A stretch of 63,861 nt of DNA, the filler included, from Vannella sp. (lineage: Eukaryota): the NCBI GenBank assembly GCA_023345925.1. It is 6 parts of 6 records of this genome, joined end to end, with 100 filler letters (N's around TTAATTAATTAA, not from the genome) between each part and the next. Parts side by side here need not be neighbours in the genome. Positions count along the whole stretch, not along the records: positions 52,286 to 63,861 come from JAJQQN010001036.1; 5 more parts are not named here. The stretch is one strand, 5' to 3'. Below, piece after piece: positions 60,274 to 63,861 of this stretch (positions within the stretch are counted from its first letter, which is position 1; every line of letters starts with the position of its first letter). A program made the position numbers and the translations under genes. The notes beneath the pieces were generated by a model, which saw only the letters and a program-made list of their open reading frames with translations, was not told the origin of the DNA and did not search any database.

Positions 60274-60614
60274 CACCAATGAACTAAAACTACTCATAAA
60301 TAGCAATGCCGGGAATTCCTTCAACTTTCTGGAAATTTTCGACCTTTTGGGATGGACGAAGAATGAACCATTTCATGTTATGATTCGAAAAATGCGAAAA
60401 AATGAAATCAGCTCAAAAGCTTATCTGGAAGAGATGGCGGTCATTCGGACAACCTGCGCAACAAAACCGGGGACCATTTCCCTGCCCATCAACCACGTTC
60501 AAAGCTTCCTGAAGGCTGCGGATCTAGGACCGTCTTTTTAACGTATTGGCTAGTCTAATCCTAGACCGCCTTATCCGATAATGAGCATCTGGTTGGATAA
60601 AGTATCATTTTGGG

Positions 60615-61676
60615 ATGCCCTTGGGCAGTCACACGCTCCTCCTCTCCCTAGAAGGGGGCCTTTTGGTTTTCGGAGGCAACAGCGACGGCCAACTCGGTCT
60701 TGGCCACAATAATGATCAATGGCAAGCAGTAAAGGTTCCCTGGAGTGGTCCGGAGCCGGTTCAAGTGGACTGGGGAGAGTACCACTCCCTCGTTCTTGAT
60801 GCGGAGGGCGGTGTGTGGGAGGCTGGTTGCTCCCGCTCCTCTTCTCCCTCTCTCACATTTCAACCAGTGCCTGGACTACCTTGTATCGCTTTGGTGGCTG
60901 CTGGTTTCACTCACAGCGCCGTTATCGATACTGAAGGTGGCCTTTGGGTGTGGACGAGCGAGACCGATCTCTCTTGGGCAACACCTCTTCCCCAACGCGT
61001 GAGAGGACTCCCTCCAATCATCAAGGTGACTTGTGGCTGCAACTTCCTCGTGGCAGAGGCTGAAGAAGGCCTCTGGGTGTTGGGAGACAATCATTCCGGG
61101 CAACTGGGCCTCGGCCACACCAACAGCGCTCTCCAACCAACTCTTATCCAGGCAAGTGACCGCTCCGAAGGACCACTCCGATGCCTGGATGCCTGCAGTG
61201 AAGGAATGGTTCTCATTGACTCGCAAGGAGGCGTCTTCTCCGCTGGAGACAACTCCTTTGGCCAACTGGGGCGCTCTTCTAGTGATTGGAAGCTTCAGCG
61301 AATCAGCAACGTCCCTCCCATGCTTTCAGTCTCCTGTGGAGGCGGTCACATTCTCTCTCTAGATGAGAACGGAGGCGTCTGGAGCTGGGGATGCGCTCTT
61401 TTTGGACAATTGGGAGTTGAAAGTTCCCATCCACAGTTCCAACCCGCTATGGTTCCTTTATTGAAAGGAATAAGCGCCCTGGTAGCGGGAAGGTACCATT
61501 CTTTGGCGTTCCCACAGGAAGGCGGCCTGCTAGTATTCGGAAACAACGATTCCGGACAACTCGGGCTTGGGCTCAACCTCAGGACCCATGTCTTCACCCC
61601 TACGTGTTGTCCTGTCCAGCCCGCTCTCCCTCTTCCATTCACCCGCAGCACAAAGAAGAGTGCCCGCTTCCTTTAA
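60615..61676 (+). CDS. Intronless RCC1-repeat protein (copy 2)
   Basis: Collinear paralogue of 26866-27921 (PW.GP.PVQVDWG, PCIALVAAG, IDTEGGLWVWTS, FLVAEAEEGLWVLG, IDSQGGVFSAGDNS); tail VQPALPLPFTRSTKKSARFL. Confidence 0.88.
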   Translation: MPLGSHTLLLSLEGGLLVFGGNSDGQLGLGHNNDQWQAVKVPWSGPEPVQVDWGEYHSLVLDAEGGVWEAGCSRSSSPSLTFQPVPGLPCIALVAAGFTHSAVIDTEGGLWVWTSETDLSWATPLPQRVRGLPPIIKVTCGCNFLVAEAEEGLWVLGDNHSGQLGLGHTNSALQPTLIQASDRSEGPLRCLDACSEGMVLIDSQGGVFSAGDNSFGQLGRSSSDWKLQRISNVPPMLSVSCGGGHILSLDENGGVWSWGCALFGQLGVESSHPQFQPAMVPLLKGISALVAGRYHSLAFPQEGGLLVFGNNDSGQLGLGLNLRTHVFTPTCCPVQPALPLPFTRSTKKSARFL

Positions 61677-62167
61677 CGCACTTTAACCTCTTCGGGGCGC
61701 TTGTCACGCCCAAAAGCGCGGGTGCAGTTGGTGAGGTGATGAAGAGAATTCTAACTCTCCCTGATTGAACGTGCAATCCATGGCGAGGACAACTCCTAAG
61801 CTTTACAGGGTAAACGAGCTTTCAGTTTTCCACTTCCAAACCAGATCTGTGCTGGAGAGGTCTAAACTACAGGAAGAGGGACTTGGCGAAGCGACAAGAA
61901 GAGAGCCAAAACAGTCGAAGTGCCAACATGGGAAAAGATGGGCATCATGAGGGCGATCTCTCGTTGAAGCGCGTCAACGAGAGATCAGCCTTAGACCAGC
62001 AGACTCTGCCTTAGCGCAAAGCCGGCTGTGATAAGGTGGTTTTGAATACTTCTAGTGGTCTCCCATTCATCCCGGGAAATGTGCGTTCAAGATAACTTCA
62101 AGTCTCTCTTCAACAATGCCAACACAGAAGACTGGCAAACTTTCTTGCTTCTCCCACACCAACATCC

Positions 62168-62226
62168 ATCCAGCCCGCTCTCCCCGTTCCTTCACCAGCA
62201 GAACCAAGAGCGCCCGCTTCCGTTGA
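62168..62226 (+). pseudogene. Short frameshifted 3'-end relic of the RCC1 family
   Basis: ATCCAGCCCGCTCTCCCC-GTTCCTTCACCAGCAGAACCAAGAGCGCCCGCTTCCGTTGA = IQPALP/RSFTSRTKSARFR* with a 1-nt deletion. Confidence 0.75.
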
Positions 62227-62467
62227 GGCACTTCTGCATGGATTGCCATGGACGGGGCGCTTGCCACGACGAAAGGAAGAAGGATTCACCACACTCCCGC
62301 TGGCCTCCTGCATGAAAAGTGCTTCTAAATCCGGCTCCTTCCATACAAATGACATTTTTATATGTTTTTAAGAGGGCCACTTTTCCATCGTTTGGGGATG
62401 GTCAAAAGCAATCTAATCAGCCGAAGGGATTTGGGAGGCTTTGGTGGACCATTGGGGTGAAGGGAGG

Positions 62468-63578
62468 ATGGCTTTGGTGGTTTGGAACAACTCGCCGAGG
62501 ATGAACTTGCCGGAGGCCTTTTTTGTCACCATTCAGACGCAGAGTTACTTCAAGAACTTGATGTACGTGTTCTGTGATGAGTGCGCGGTTCTGACGGCTT
62601 CTGAAGGCGGTTGAGGACCTATCACGAGGTGGTGGGGGAGATTAAACAGGAAGTTACCAATCTGGAGGCCCGTATCCCCGGCCATCCTTTGCCTTCTACT
62701 GCTTGGTGCTTATTACTCAAGTTATTCACTCTCAAACTGACCATCAAGCAGCTGGTGGACATGCTGGACCACGAAACAAACCCGTACGAGCTCTCCCTTC
62801 TTTATGAGAGGGAACCTATCACTCATGTTGCAGTAGATGCGTAAGAGGGCTTGCAATGATCTACTTGCGCTTCGTCTGCCAGCCTCAGGACATGTGGGAA
62901 TGGTTTGAGGCCTATTTACCCGACGACTGCGCCATCCCCATCAGTTCCACGAGTTCCCTGCCCATGGGGCACTTGGTGAAGCATCTCATCGAAGAGCAGA
63001 AGTTCTCTGATGTCCTGCTACCCCGTATACCCGCTCTCCTTCATCGCACGATGAAGGAGAAGCTCGCCCAACATACTCGCGAGCTTCCTCCTTTACCAGA
63101 GGCTCCCCGCGAGCTAAGCTCCGAACGAAGAGATAGTCGTAGTAGTGGTTCAACTCATTCCTATCGCCCAAGGTATGAGAGCAACCGATACAGAAGTCGT
63201 TCGCGATCTCCCCCCTACAGAAGGCCTCGTTCTCCCGATCGCTACTCGCGAGACCGCTATCGAGATGATCGCTATGATGACCGACGTGGAAGCGATCGTT
63301 ATGAGGACCGTCACAGGGACGATCACCACCGGGATGAACGCCACAGCGACCGCCGAAGAGATTCTTACGAGAGGAGAGCTCCATCTTCGCGTGACAGGCG
63401 CTCGCCATCTCCAGTACCACGCCAGAAGACTCCAGACGCAAAGCCCGCTGCAGACTCTGCTCAGCTGGCCAAGCTGAAAGCCCTTTACGGAGATTCTGCT
63501 CCTTCCTCGAAGTCCTCCTCCGTTGGATCGTACGGTGACTCTCTTGGCGATGATGTTGTACGCATTGGCTTCCAATAG
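62468..63578 (+). CDS. PRPF38B: Pre-mRNA splicing factor 38B-like, RS/RD-rich tail
   Basis: MALVVWNNSPRMNL...QSYFKNL|RLRTYHEVVGEI, PSTAWCLLLKLFTLKLT, IYLRFVCQPQDMWEWFEAYL, LPRIP; two introns. Confidence 0.88.
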
Positions 63579-63861
63579 AACCCTCCAAAGTATCTGTGAG
63601 ATGTCAAACTTCATTCTCCGTCTCCTTCCCCCTCCAAACACTTCTTAAGGGCCGAGCAAATCGACCTAAAAGAGGGTCGAGACCCTGAATCATAAGCCAA
63701 GCAGTCCCATAAGCTCTTCCAGAATGGCCGGGATGGGTATTGGGAATCCAGCAACTCTGGGAGGTTGAACGAGCCTAAATGGCCCGAAAAGTCACAGAAA
63801 CTGAAACTTGTGCCTTTGCCCCTCTTTCACCCTGAGAGATTTGGCAAAGCTCTTAAACGCA

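Noticed and set aside
61736..61764. Box C (GTGATGA) and box D (CTGA) motifs suggesting a snoRNA
   Set aside because: Too short, with no terminal stem or recognisable rRNA guide; the motifs are common by chance

Overview
Eukaryotic, gene-dense DNA with short (about 30-90 nt) GT-AG introns. It is a concatenation of six contigs joined by artificial 100-nt N/TTAATTAATTAA spacers, so neighbourhoods across spacers mean nothing. Gene content (RasGEFs, Roco kinase, verprolin/WIP, LRR-PP2C, RhoGAP) suggests an amoeboid protist, probably Amoebozoa (inference). About 30 genes can be reconstructed by splicing the ORF track: housekeeping genes (RPS21, RRP45, DIM1, DDX52, MTO1, PRP38B, two mitochondrial carriers, Got1, peroxisomal MFE-2 and acyl-CoA oxidase) and signalling genes. 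Most notable observations: (1) an ARF-like gene whose C-terminal coding segment lies on the opposite strand between 13-bp inverted repeats, inside a cluster of three broken GTPase/importin paralogues; (2) an intronless RCC1-repeat family present as two full copies and two 3'-only relics, all ending in a KSAR(F/S) motif, which disperses like a mobile or retrocopied element; (3) several fold-back elements (a 419-bp MITE-like element and perfect 19-21-bp stems); (4) unusual architectures: a sirtuin fused to a CAP-C-like domain, and a Roco kinase with an extra degenerate N-terminal GTPase. All product calls come from motif recognition by eye, not from database searches.
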